Positions 36,017 to 47,428 of a stretch of 64,000 bases of DNA are shown piece after piece (position 1 is the stretch's first letter; every line of letters starts with the position of its first letter). The notes below the pieces were generated by a model. That model was not told the DNA's origin. It saw only the letters and a list, made by a program, of their open reading frames with translations, and did not search any database. The stretch is from Massalongia carnosa. Taxonomy: Eukaryota. The stretch spans positions 2,170,001-2,234,000 of the forward strand of contig OZ287072.1 in the NCBI GenBank assembly GCA_965645245.1. Direction: 5' to 3'. Both the position numbers and the translations under genes were made by a program.

Positions 36017-37487
36017 GGCGGCGATTTGTCAAATTCGTTCAAAGGACATACCGCAAATATTCAGTCAGTTGATGGAAGCGCAACGAGGGGCAATCGTTTC
36101 TGAATCGCAAGTGGCAGCGACAGCGATAACAACAACAACAACATCCACCAAGCTCAATAGTCGCTGTAGCCAAACCAGCATCTGAAGAGACGGTGAGGTA
36201 GCGTCGAACCGAGCATGAGTTGTCCCTCTGTCTGCCATTCCATTGGACGTTTACTGAAACAGGCGTAATGCCATGTTGCAAGTTGCAGAAAAGGGGATTG
36301 ACGAGAAGTTCCACTCCTGTACCTAGCCAAGCGTGCCGTGATGCAACCAATTAAGATTACATGTCCGCTTTGATTCCAGGCTCTCTACAGAGTACTATGT
36401 TTCCTACGAGATGATACTGCCCATAAGAAGGATAAGATACGCAAGATGCAGGGCTCCAGTGTCATTTTCACTTCCCAAGATAGTATTATTTTTCCCCATT
36501 GGTCCAATCAATCAACTCTGCGCGTAAGAAATGTTTCAGGGAAATTTTGTACACGTGACTTCGCGTTCTCAGCCTTAAGTCCTGAGTGGATGATCAATGT
36601 AACAACTAGGTAACTATCAATTCTCCAAGCTTCTGCTCGCTCACTAACCTTAGCATCTCGCTCAATTCTCGAAATCCACTACGGCGCTCCTTGTCACCGG
36701 TTTCAGGAACATTCATTTACGAATACAAGTCTAATCAAGATAGAATGCGCAAGACTACGAGCTCACAGAGTCCCGCTCTGGAACATATGCTCCTGCTTAT
36801 CCTTCAGAACGAAGGCCTGTCTCGCCACTGATGGAAGATAATAGTATTACGTTTAGGCAACGATTGGGAACTCAGCATCATTTGCTCTGTGGTAACGAGT
36901 AACGCTAGTCGTCGTCGTGATATCAACTAGTAGTAGTCCTTCGCTTCATCTCCTGGTTCGCTTTCCTCCGAGGCCGTTAGCGTAAAGTAGATCAGCCATC
37001 TTACCAATGTCTTCCTTTCTGCGAAAGTATTGTGGATTTGTGAGAAGTACTGCCCAGTCGTGAAGTGCACTACTAGAAAGTTCTTAAGGATTTAAGCAGT
37101 ATCTAAAGGAGTGGAAAGACATTTTTCTGAGCATCGCAAATTGAAAATATCATGGACTTTCAAGGAACAAGGCATGCACCTTTTGACATGCATGAAATCA
37201 AAGAACTAGCAACAGAAGCATGAAGAATGAAGAATGATTTTAATGAGTATTGATTTGAAGCCTTGCACGCTGAAAAGATACGGGACAGGCTATGGTAGCC
37301 CTTTTGCTCTTAAGTAGATTAAAGCTAAACTACTGATAGAACGTGCACCGCCAGAGAATTTTGCAGTCCTACTTATCTCATGGGCTGTTTAGATGATGAT
37401 CGACCATTTTAGTGATCTATATAGTAAAATTTGTTAGGTTACAATTTTTTCTTGGGAGGAAGCAGAGATCTGCCGCCCGAAGCATGC

Positions 37488-38814
37488 CACGCGGGGGACA
37501 AAAAAAAAACTACACCAAAATTTAACCGGGCTCAACTCCCCACCAAAACACAAGCAATTTACATACGATTTTGATGGGATAATTATCATTATTATGAATT
37601 CTAAACATATCGAGACTCCTACCAAAGCTAAAATTCAGGGAGCCGTTGAATTTTGCGAAAAGCAAGGCATTTCTTATCACAAAGAGGATGTTTTTCGCAC
37701 ATTTGATGTGGAACGTACGAGGGGCTATGCATACCTGCGTGAAGGAGCCTCATCACGCCGTCATCATAATAATTCCGATGTTTCTGAAGCTCGTGGGCGT
37801 CACAAAATTGTTACGCCTAAATTGATTAGAGAAATGGAACGGCTATTGGAAGAAGAAGGTATGGAGGCGCGCGCTCTTACATGGGAGCAATTAGGCTTCG
37901 AAGTAGGCCTAGACTGCAGTGGCAAAACCATTCAACGAATCATGGGCACCATGGATTATCACAAATGCATTGCGTGCAGAAAGGGATGGGTGAACGAGAA
38001 GACAAGAAAGCTTCGTATGAAGTGGTCAGATGCTATGCTTTCTAGATATCCAAATGCAGAAGACTGGAAACAAGTTCGATTTAGTGACGAAGTGCACTTT
38101 GGATGGGGACCTCAGGGCAAATTACGCATCATACGAAGATTAGGTGAACGTTATTGTCATGATTGTATTCAAGAAGCAGATGAACCAGACGAGGCCGTCA
38201 AGAAGAGACATCACTGTTGGGCTGCTGCAGGTCATGACTTCAAGTCAGATATCTACTTTTACAGAGTTCCTGGAAACTCCAATGGAAAGATGAGTCAACG
38301 AGTCTATATCGACTCTATATTGGAGCCTATTGTGAAGCCCTGGATTGAAGCAAAACACGATTTCGTCTTAGAAGAAGACGGTGATTCTGGACATGGACCA
38401 GGCAAATCAAACATTGTACGCACTTGGAAGCAGAACAACGATCTGAAGCACTATTTCAACTGTCCATGTTCACCTGATTTGGCCCCATAGAAAATTGCTG
38501 GCAGGCCCCGAAGCAATATTTAAAAAAATATCCTCATTGGGATGATGATACGACCAAGGGGCTAATTTATGAGGGGTGGGCGAACGTTTCCCAGGCATTT
38601 ATCAATGAACGGGTGTCTACTACGCCAGATAGATTGAGAGCTGTTTTGGATGGTGAGGGTAAAATGACTGGTTATTGAATAGATTGAATGAATTGGATGA
38701 CTGGTTGTTGAAATGGTGATTATCCCATCAAAATTGTATGGAAATTGCTTGTGTTTTGGTGGGGGGTTGAACCCGGTTAAATTTTGGTGTAGTTTTTTTT
38801 TTGTCCCCCGCGTG
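37488..38814 (+). mobile_element. Tc1/IS630-type DD37E transposon, copy 2 (1327 bp, 5-bp TSD CATGC)
   Basis: Same CACGCGGGGGAC(A)10 TIRs as copy 1. CATGC at 37483-37487 and 38815-38819. Confidence 0.95.
37594..38678 (+). pseudogene. DD37E transposase, copy 2 (1-nt deletion just before the catalytic E)
   Basis: Open from ATG 37594 to SPDLAP*. C4 at 38483-38486 versus C5 in copy 1. Restoring one C gives a 361-aa protein ending KMTGY* at 38678. Confidence 0.9.
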
Positions 38815-38966
38815 CATGCGTAGTAAGCTAAACAGAGTCTTAACCCAAAACAGTTAAACTATTCACTAAACTAGCTTAGCTTTAGACTAATAATATACTA
38901 ATCTAACTGCGAGGGCAAGGCAGGTCTGAGGTACTGAGGCAAGCAGAGATCTTGTCTGCAATCCTC

Positions 38967-39414
38967 TTAAAAAACCTTGAGGTTAAAATCAACCATTTGA
39001 AGAGTAGCGTCAGCGCCTTCCAGGCTTTGCACGATTGAAAGGTGTGCAGGGTCCTTCTCTAGATTGTCTTCTTCGTCATCAAACTCGGATAAGAACACAT
39101 AGGTAATGCCATGCTTATTCATAAAATTAACAATAATTTGAACTCCAGACCAGCTGGTCCAAGGAATCGGCTTCACCTGGAGACCTTCTGGACTGTTTTC
39201 ACGTTCACCTATGGAAGATTTGATATATGATTTTTCAGTTTGCGGGTGCAGGCATTGATCTTTGGGGCCAAACATTTGCTGACAGGCCTTTGATACTTGG
39301 ATTGGCTAAGACTTGATGTCTATAAGGGAAAGAGACGAGAGATTGTACAGATTGTATCGTTGCCGCCTGCGTATCGGGCTTGGACTCAAACAATATAACA
39401 TGAAAGACTACTAT
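38967..39414 (-). pseudogene. Stress-responsive A/B barrel (Dabb) domain gene, probably decayed
   Basis: Three exons give [ATA]VVFHVILFESKP / ACQQMFGPKDQCLHPQTEKSYIKSSIGERENSPEGLQ / HGITYVFLSEFDDEEDNLEKDPAHLSIVQSL...MVDFNLKVF*. The expected start reads ATA (39414-39412) and the usual D..YY..DPAH tyrosines are missing. Confidence 0.7.
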
Positions 39415-39967
39415 CTTTGTTGGTAGTTGGACTAGGAAAAGGGTTTAAAACCCCGATTTGTGGCAAGGCATCATGTTTTGGAGGGTGTTTAAGATGAACG
39501 AGGAATCTTTAAAACAAACTGTCAAATAAAAGAAACAATAACTTACACAGCATCTTTAAAATTATTCAGTTGAATAACCCCACAAACCTGCATGCTTCTA
39601 CCCTAATAGGAATCCATAGACTGCCTCTAGTGTAGGAACTTAACCTTAACTAATAGGGAGTGGCGGTAGGCCTGATCAGGGCAAGCCTCTACAGTAGCCA
39701 TCTTAGCTTGTCCAATGTAATGTATGTTCTCAATTCTGATGTCGTCTCTACTTTATTTCCTTCTTTCGTTCCTCTACTCTGTACTTTGTATATTTGATTG
39801 AAAGGCAAGTCATCGTAAGAATGTATTTTTTCAGGCATTTACAAGATTTATGTGGAGGAGAAAACCCTCATTTCTGCAAACAAGATCTGTGGTGATTTCG
39901 CTACCCTGTGGATTTTATATATTTTTCCAAGAAGCCGCTTTCCTATTGTCAAGCCTCATCGCTCCTC

Positions 39968-42900
39968 ATGGCAGATGTAGTGGGACTGGTGGCATCAATC
40001 ATACAGATTGTGGACATCGGGTTGAAGATTGTAAGGCGCATGAATGAATTTACCACGGATCTCAGAGACTTGTCCCGAATTTTCCGGAGTCTACACACGT
40101 GTCTGCCATTATTTATCAATGTCCTTAGCCGTCTGTAGAAGCAGATCGAGAGTGGTGACGTGCCTGAAGGTACCGCGCAAGCCCTCGAGCCTGTGGTGGC
40201 AGGCTGTTTTCAGCAAGTGCAGAAGCTCCGCGACATCCTTGACGAAACCCTGCCCGCCGGAAATGCGTCTAACGTGCGAAAGCAACTCAAAAGACTTGGG
40301 AGCTTTAGGTACGATAAGGACATTCAGTAGATCGAGTCCGCTTTGGAGAAAAACGTGGCGCTCTTGACATTACATCAAGTTACGCCCTCGTCACATCTCG
40401 CTGGCCCACCTCCGGAGCCTAATTTCATGATGCCGTACTCCCGCGACACGAATTTCATCGGGCGTGAGGACGTTCTTGCGGGAATTACCCAAAGGGAGAG
40501 CGCCCAGCAACACCGTGTTGTACTTTATGGCATCGGAGGCATTGTATAGGTTCAGACGTGACCAATCATCTTAGTCAATCTAGTTGACTAGCGTAGGAAA
40601 TCACAAATTGCCATTGAATATTGTTTTCGTTACAAGCAAGAGTGGTCAAACGCTCATGTATTCTGGGTCCATACGAGTAATTACACTCGGTTCGAGCAGG
40701 GTTTAAAGATATTGCCAGAGAGCTGAGATTGCCTGGCAGTAATGATTCTAAGGTGGACATGCTGAAAGTTGTCTGCGATTGGCTGAGTGATGATCTTCAT
40801 GGCCCTTAGCTCATGGTACTGGATAATGCTGATGGTATGGAAGTTGTTCTTGGCTTGGCAAGACAGAAACAGCCACAATCTAGCCTGGCCCAACAGTCGC
40901 CAGATATCTGCCACAAAGTTTACATGGCAACATGCTGATAACGACAAGAGATAGATGTATGGGCGAAAGATTACTTGACAGGGATGCTGGAAGACCGATC
41001 GAGGTCCTCAGATTTAGCACGAAATATGCAATTCAGCTATTGCAAAACAAAATCCCCGAACGTGAGAATTGGGAAACACCAAACACATCGGAATTTTTTG
41101 AAATTCTTAATTACCTTCCCCTGGCCATTGTATAGGCCGCTTCGTATATGAGAGAGAACCAGGTTTCATTTGAACACTATCTGCAATTGCTAAGTCTTGG
41201 TAGTGTGGACACCAAAGAACTTTTAGAGCAAAATTACAATGATTTGGGTAGAGACTAGGAAGGGCAGAAATCTATCGTGCAGACTTGGACTTTGTCGTTT
41301 GAACAGATCAAGAAGCAGAAACCACGAGTAGCCGAAATATTGTCACTTACTGCTTTATTAGATCGACAAGGAGTGTCCTAAAAACTGCTTCGTAATAAGG
41401 GCGAAGGTGTAGTAAGCTTTGATACTGCAATCGGGAACGCTTAAGGCTTTCTCCTTGATCACCGAAGAGAAACAAGGCAAAGACCAAAAGGGTTTAGTCT
41501 TTCAACTGCATCGACTGGTACAGCTCTCTATGCAAAGATGGCTTGAAGCGGAGAACGTTCAGCTTGAATGGCAAGAAAGAGCGCTGGACGGTGCTGCGAT
41601 GCTGCCCTTATCCAATGGATCGTATGAGAACTGGACGGCTTGGGAAGAGCTCAATCCTCATGTTCAAATAGTTTTGAAATACTCTGCAGAGAGCGAACCA
41701 GGCATGTTGCAGCGCGCACGACTCTTGAATCTTGACGCAGACTACAACGCCTACCTAGGACAATATACTAACACTCGAACAGAGGCTATGGAAGCATACT
41801 CGCAAAGAAATCTCCTTGCTATAAGTCAACGCGTACTGGGATCCAGGCATTCCATTACCCTTAAAAGCATGAGCGAACTAGCCTGTAATTTGCAAAATGA
41901 GGCAGATCATGACCAAGCTGAAGCTATGTTCCGAAGCGTACTCTCGGTTTACTAAGAAGATCCAACGAATGGGAGAGAGAATCCAGATGCCTTATGGGCT
42001 ATGAATGACCTCGCATTGCTATTGATGAAGCGAGGAAATAATGCGGAAGCTGCCAAATTCTTTTCAAACAGTAATGAACGTCTGTAGAACAAGGCTTGGA
42101 GATGAGCATCCAAGAACCCTAGTAGTTATGGGAAATATGGGGCTTTGCCTGAATAAACAGCTGAAATATGCCGAAACTGAGAAGCTTGTTCAAACAGGCG
42201 TAGTTTCCTATGAAAAAAGTCATGGCGGACTGCATAAATCTGCATTCCATTGCACGGAAGCTCTTACAGGGGCTCTTAGCAGACAGGGGAAACATAACGA
42301 GGCGGAGCACTATTTGAGGATTCTAGTTCATACTGCTCAGACTCCTAGTGCCGACCTTTTTGAAGCACTGCGGTACACAAGTTCGCTAACGGCAAATTTA
42401 AACAGGCAGAAGAAGTATAAGAAATCCGAAAATATATCCCGACGGTTTCTAGAATCGCTTCTCCAAGAAGGAAGCAAAGAGTATCCAGCAAGCATTACGG
42501 CAATGGGTAACTTGGCAAGTGCACTGGAGCTTCAACAAGAGTACATCGAGGCTGAGGAAATTTATATGGAAATCTTGAAGCTGAGTCGCCAGGTACTAGG
42601 AGTGGTTCATGAGAAACATATATTTGTCACAGAAAACTTCCAAAGAATGTTGTTTAGGGTGGGAGAGCACGAGCGAGCGCAACCAATATTAAAAGATCTG
42701 CTTACATCGGAAATGGAACCAGTAGGTCCAGAGGATATTAAACCTTGTCCACCATGCTAGAGTTAGCGGGTTTGATGACTAGCAGAGGAGAATATGACGA
42801 AGCCCAGGAGCTATATGGTGAAGCCAGGAATCGAAATTTTGCAGCGCTGGACGCCCTGCACGAAATTGCAGTTCGAAGTACATATGGTCTGCTGGATGTC

Positions 42901-43422
42901 CTATTCTATCAAAAAATGTACAAGGAAGCCGAAGTTATGTCGCAGAAAGCCTTAGAGGAATGTACCAGGCAGCTAGGTATAAAAAATGAGCATACTTTTC
43001 GCCTGATGAACCGCCAGGCCGTTTATTTGAATTGCCAGCTTCGCTACGCCGAAGTAGAGATGATACTCAAGAAGACCTTAGGTTTATAGACGAAAATATT
43101 AGGAAAAGAACATGAGGACACGCAACTAATATTTGATAATCTAACTTGTGTATACTTCCCTCAAGGTAAGTTCGCTGAAGCCGAAGTTTTATGTGGAGTT
43201 GAGCTCGCCGGGAACAAACGAGCTGCCTGGGAAGCAGAAAAGGCCTTGAAGAAAGAGGATAGTGGAACCGAGGAAAGGGAGGTTAAGGAGAAGAAGATGA
43301 AAGCTAAGAAGAAAAGCAAGCACTCCAGTATTGTATAAGGCACCAAAGAAAACCTTTGGATTAAATTAATCGTCGAATCAAGAGTCGAATCAAGAAACTT
43401 CCAAGGAAAAGACGCTGCCTAA
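39968..43422 (+). pseudogene. SesA-like N-terminus + NB-ARC + TPR NLR pseudogene
   Basis: MADVVGLVASIIQIVDIG N-terminus, PYSRDTNFIGRE, Walker A LYGIGGI|GKSQIAIEY across an intron, GP*LMVLDNAD, LITTRD, YLPLAIV*AA, FQLHRLVQ and LG.EHP.TL..M.N TPR repeats. Stops at e.g. 40136, 40807, 41133, 41953 and 43087, plus frameshifts. Confidence 0.88.
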
Positions 43423-45256
43423 AGATGTATCCATCAAAGAAACCCTTACAAATAGGACTTCGGTTGAACTCGAGCTGTTTAAGCTGACCATGGCTAGAAG
43501 CTAGTTTATGGAAACCCGTTTCTACCTTTATTTCAAATGCTAGTATGATATGAAGTATGTATGAGATGAAATCAAAGCTAGTAGAAATCAGCGCTGTTCA
43601 TCTAGTGCAGGGACCGTAACCCCAGGTCTACCTACCTGACAGTCATACAGAGGCAGAGGTCATACATAGTGAGAAAGCTTCATAAACAAGCTGTTCACTT
43701 CTGGGGAATAAAACCGAGATGCCTTATGCCGCAGGTTCGAGTACTTAGTGTGGACATGTTGGCCTGATGGAAAAACCCACTTTAAGCAATATCGGTAGAA
43801 AAGCCCGATGCTGGAATCAAGATATCCCGTTGTACTTAGCAAAAATAAAATCCAAATGACCCAAGGATTATTACTTTCAACAGCAAAAGAGTTCCAACCC
43901 ACTGGGATATTACCTGATATGTAAGGCTCATAATATCCCTGTAGGTTGTAATCTCTGATCTATGAAGAGAAAATTAGCACAACGGGGACTCGAACCTACA
44001 TGCATTCCGTCCGAAGAGGGGAAGTTGCCACCTAACTACAGGGGATGTTAGTGATAAAGACTTGCTCTAATTAAAAACATAAATAAAAGAAGAATCTAAC
44101 TTTCAACACTTGATTTTTTCAGGGGCTGAATCTATAGCCTAGGGCTCGGCTAAGCTAAGCGAGGCAAAGGGCTTCCCCTGCCTATGTTATTTGGCTCGCG
44201 TTTGAGCATATAGTGCTCGACTTTGCATCATTTGATATCTCGGAGTATTTTTGATATACATCCCGCTAATATTTCTTCATCCTGTATGTTTGCTCCCAGG
44301 AGCCCGGATCCGAGCAATATGAGAATATACCAGAGGGATCATTTTCGGTTTCTGCGACTAGTATGTCATCTTTCCTCACTCATACAATACGGCTTGAACT
44401 GCTCAAAAATGTGCAATGCACGGGAAAGCAAGTATCCGAAAGAAATTCTACTCCATGAAATATGTCTGCTGTCTAACCTGACTTCTTCGTTTATTAGACA
44501 CATTACTAAGTCAACTATAAAGAATACGAACTATTGACGACAGGGGTTACATTGAGCGAGGAAAATCTCGTGGATCATTTGAAGCTGCTCTCCGTGTTTG
44601 ATGACGGCTTTTACTCGGTTGATCATTTCTCGAGTATGTGAAAGGGGTTTTTATATTATGCAGGGATGAAGGAACTTTTTTTTCATTCGCTTCTTCAAAC
44701 ATAAGGACGCTGATTTTCTATCAGCATATGGCTAAAAGATAATGATTATCTTTTCGTTCTGGCTTTAAGGCTGTTTAAGGATTCAGTAGAGGTTATTATG
44801 AAACAATCGGCGGATATAAGGAAATGTAAGATACTGGTACATGTTTGGCTATTCAGTATTGAGTTTGAGGAAATGCAGGATATAAGCATTCACTTATGCT
44901 CTAGTTCAATGATGATCGAGGTTCAGATTAGCTGGAATCCTCGTCCATAAAAGGGGGTTGCTAGCTTTCGAACATAGAAAAGTATATCCGCGGGTAAACC
45001 TCAGTCGCGGAAGCCACGCAGCTAACAAACAAGTCACGTGGAGTTTACTGATCGTCCTCTCCGTAAAAGTCCGCGGCGGAGTTCATTCAAGTCCTCCAGG
45101 CTACAAACTCCAAACTTGCACATTCAATTCCGAGAATCTTAACTCGCGACTCCAAAAACTACAGTCGCAAACTACATACACTTCAAGGTTCTATATTTCT
45201 ACGGTAGCAACGCCTCAAGTCCTCCTCAAAGACCGGATGGTTGAACTCTCCCTAGG

Positions 45257-46598
45257 ATGAACCCACATATTTCCATCCCTAGGCAGCATGGAGGCACGCC
45301 TAACTTCGGTGGCACCCCGCCTAGCACGCGGAACGAAGGCCTACGCATGCCTCGATTTTTCAAAAGGTGGGGTTTCCCCTCTGCCATCCTGGTTGACGGG
45401 AAAAAATGAGGTCGGACAAAGGAAAACCGCATTGCTGATGAATGGGAGAACTCTCGGCGCACTGGCAGATTGTTCAAGTTTCCGCAGATGGATTTTGAAA
45501 TGGCGATTTGGGAGATGACGAGCTTGTTGTTCGCGCCGAAAAAAGTGTTTAGATCAATATATTATCACGTATGCACCTCCTCTCCACTTTCTCCCTCCTT
45601 CGCTTTTTGCCCCATACGATCTCCAAGCTGATCCCCCTCCCTTCAGAAACGTAAGCAGCCCTCCAGGCGTCATCCCGTCGCTCCTTTTAATGCCCGCCAT
45701 AGAAACGAAAAACACCTGGCACAGGCCCGACCCCTCCTTCACCTACCTCCTTGCCTTCTTCATGCTCCTTACAGGTATCGCATGGGGCATTGCATCCACC
45801 CCATCCATTGCTACTACTGTGCGGCTAACTCTCCTCTTCGTATTCGTTCACTTTCTTGCCAGCTCGATCCTCGTCGCCACCGCTGCGTTCTTCCTCGTTG
45901 GGAGGTTCTTAGGTCCGGGAATTGCGGGCTTGCCCGGAAGGAGGCGACGACAGGGTTTATTTACGAGCAACGAGGAGGGCGAGCAACTCGAGTTTGGTTA
46001 CTGTTTCGATGTTTGTGGAGCCCTTTCCTTTACCCTTCAGGATACCGTGGCAAGCCTACGAAATGAAACTAATGCTTTTCGTGTACAATAGGTTGCCATC
46101 CGCGCCTTCTTTCCCTTATGGGTCCTTATATACGTCGTCCAATTCCTCCTCGGTCCCCTCATAACTAGTGACTATTGGTAATTCCCTCTCCTCTCCTACT
46201 TTTAAACACTCCATCCATCTGCTGTAAAAAAGCTAATACTCACGCCTGCCATCGCAGGATCTCTCTATTCGTCGGCAATACCATCTACCTAGTCGCAGGA
46301 GGCTACTACACTATAATCTGCTTTCTCGGCTACAAGGGTATGTACCCCGCTTCCATTCTCTCCAATTTTCTACCCTACCACTTCACCTCTTCTCTTCTCT
46401 CCATTTTACCCTCCCCCGGAAAATCTTCCTGCATCGAACTAACACAACCACCACCTTTTACCAGCCCTACCCTTCCTCCATCACACCGAGCTCCTCCTCT
46501 CTCCAACCTTTCTCTACGCCATCCTCTACCTTACCAGCCTCTTCGGCTTCAACATCCCGAAACACGTTGCTCCTTTGCTCGTGCTGGGTGCACGGTAA
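45257..46598 (+). CDS. GMH1: UNC-50 / Gmh1 family Golgi membrane protein
   Basis: Exons 45257-45366, 45469-45568, 45647-45650, 45703-46010, 46092-46177, 46258-46337 and 46465-46598. Motifs RLFKFPQMDFEMAIWEM, YYHKQTKNTWHRPDPSF, LEFGYCFDV..RAFFP, LPFLHHTELLL. Confidence 0.9.
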
Positions 46599-46926
46599 AC
46601 CTACTTGTGTTTTTTCCTTCTCTTCATTGGAACGGGTATCCTCAGCATTGGTAGGCGGGAGTTTTGGGTAAGCACGGTTGGTGGCGCCGGGAACCTGGTT
46701 TGCGGGGCAAAGAAAGGTGGGTTTTGTTAGTATGCTTGTGCGAAAATGTACAAAAAAGAAGTCAAAGGCTCTCGTCACCATCCTGTTCATTCCTTCTTTT
46801 CGTTTTTTCCTTAGGGGCTAGAGATACCTTTATACACATAGCGCCCCCCCTCCTAACGAAAAGAAATTCACCCACCCACCCACCTACCTCTCGTCACCAC
46901 AACCATCACAGTGCCAGCAGCACCAG

Positions 46927-47034
46927 CACCACCAGCACCACCGGCACCACCAGCACCACCAGCACCACCAGCACCACCAGCACCACCAGCACCACCAGCA
47001 CCACCAGCACCACCAGCACCACCAGCACCACCAG
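46927..47034 (+). repeat. 9-bp tandem repeat (CACCACCAG)x12
   Basis: 12 consecutive units, one variant CACCACCGG, between the convergent GMH1 and TSR3 genes. Confidence 0.95.
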
Positions 47035-47428
47035 CAGCTAGGATTCATTCAGCATATTTCTAACCCGTCCCATTCCCCACGCCTTTTTCTTTCTCCCCCT
47101 CTCTTTTTTTTTCTTTTTCTTCCCCGTTTCTTGGAGAGGGGAGGTATGAAGGGATAGAGAAGGACAGACTATCATAAATTTGAATTCGGATTTGGATCGA
47201 ATCAGATTGAATTCTTTATGTCCACTTTTTCGCCCGCTCAACCCCCCCAAGCCCTTTCCTAAGCAAAGGTAAATAACCATATCCGAATGTACTCTAGATG
47301 AGAAAAGATGTGCCTCCCGCCGTTTTATGTCTTTTTCCTCCCAGAAAATAAAGATGAGCAAAAGTAGTTTCACTGTAGAGGAAATCCCTCGACTATTGCC
47401 ACCTCTCCCCCCCCCGCTCCAGCTCTAT

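Noticed and set aside
37488..37530. DD37E TIR (CACGCGG...ACAAAAA) as an RSS heptamer/nonamer, i.e. a Transib/RAG element
   Set aside because: Only 4/7 heptamer match, a 3-nt spacer, and the transposase has Tc1 motifs rather than RAG1-core motifs. The resemblance is limited to CAC ends and the 5-bp TSD.
43975..44024. B-box-like GGTTCGAGTCC on the minus strand followed by a T-run, resembling a tRNA 3' half
   Set aside because: The T-stem does not pair (GTAGG vs CCCCG) and there is no matching acceptor 5' strand or A-box. At most a relic, not a tRNA gene.
12000..45000. Starship giant element or secondary-metabolite cluster explaining the accessory islands
   Set aside because: No DUF3435 tyrosine recombinase, PKS, NRPS or terpene synthase was seen, and the islands are interleaved with ordinary single-copy-type genes.
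46927..47034. (CACCACCAG)12 as a CRISPR array, Chi-site array or coding STT repeat
   Set aside because: There are no spacers and the genome is eukaryotic. The GCTGGTGG match is incidental, and the overlapping ORF has no other coding features.
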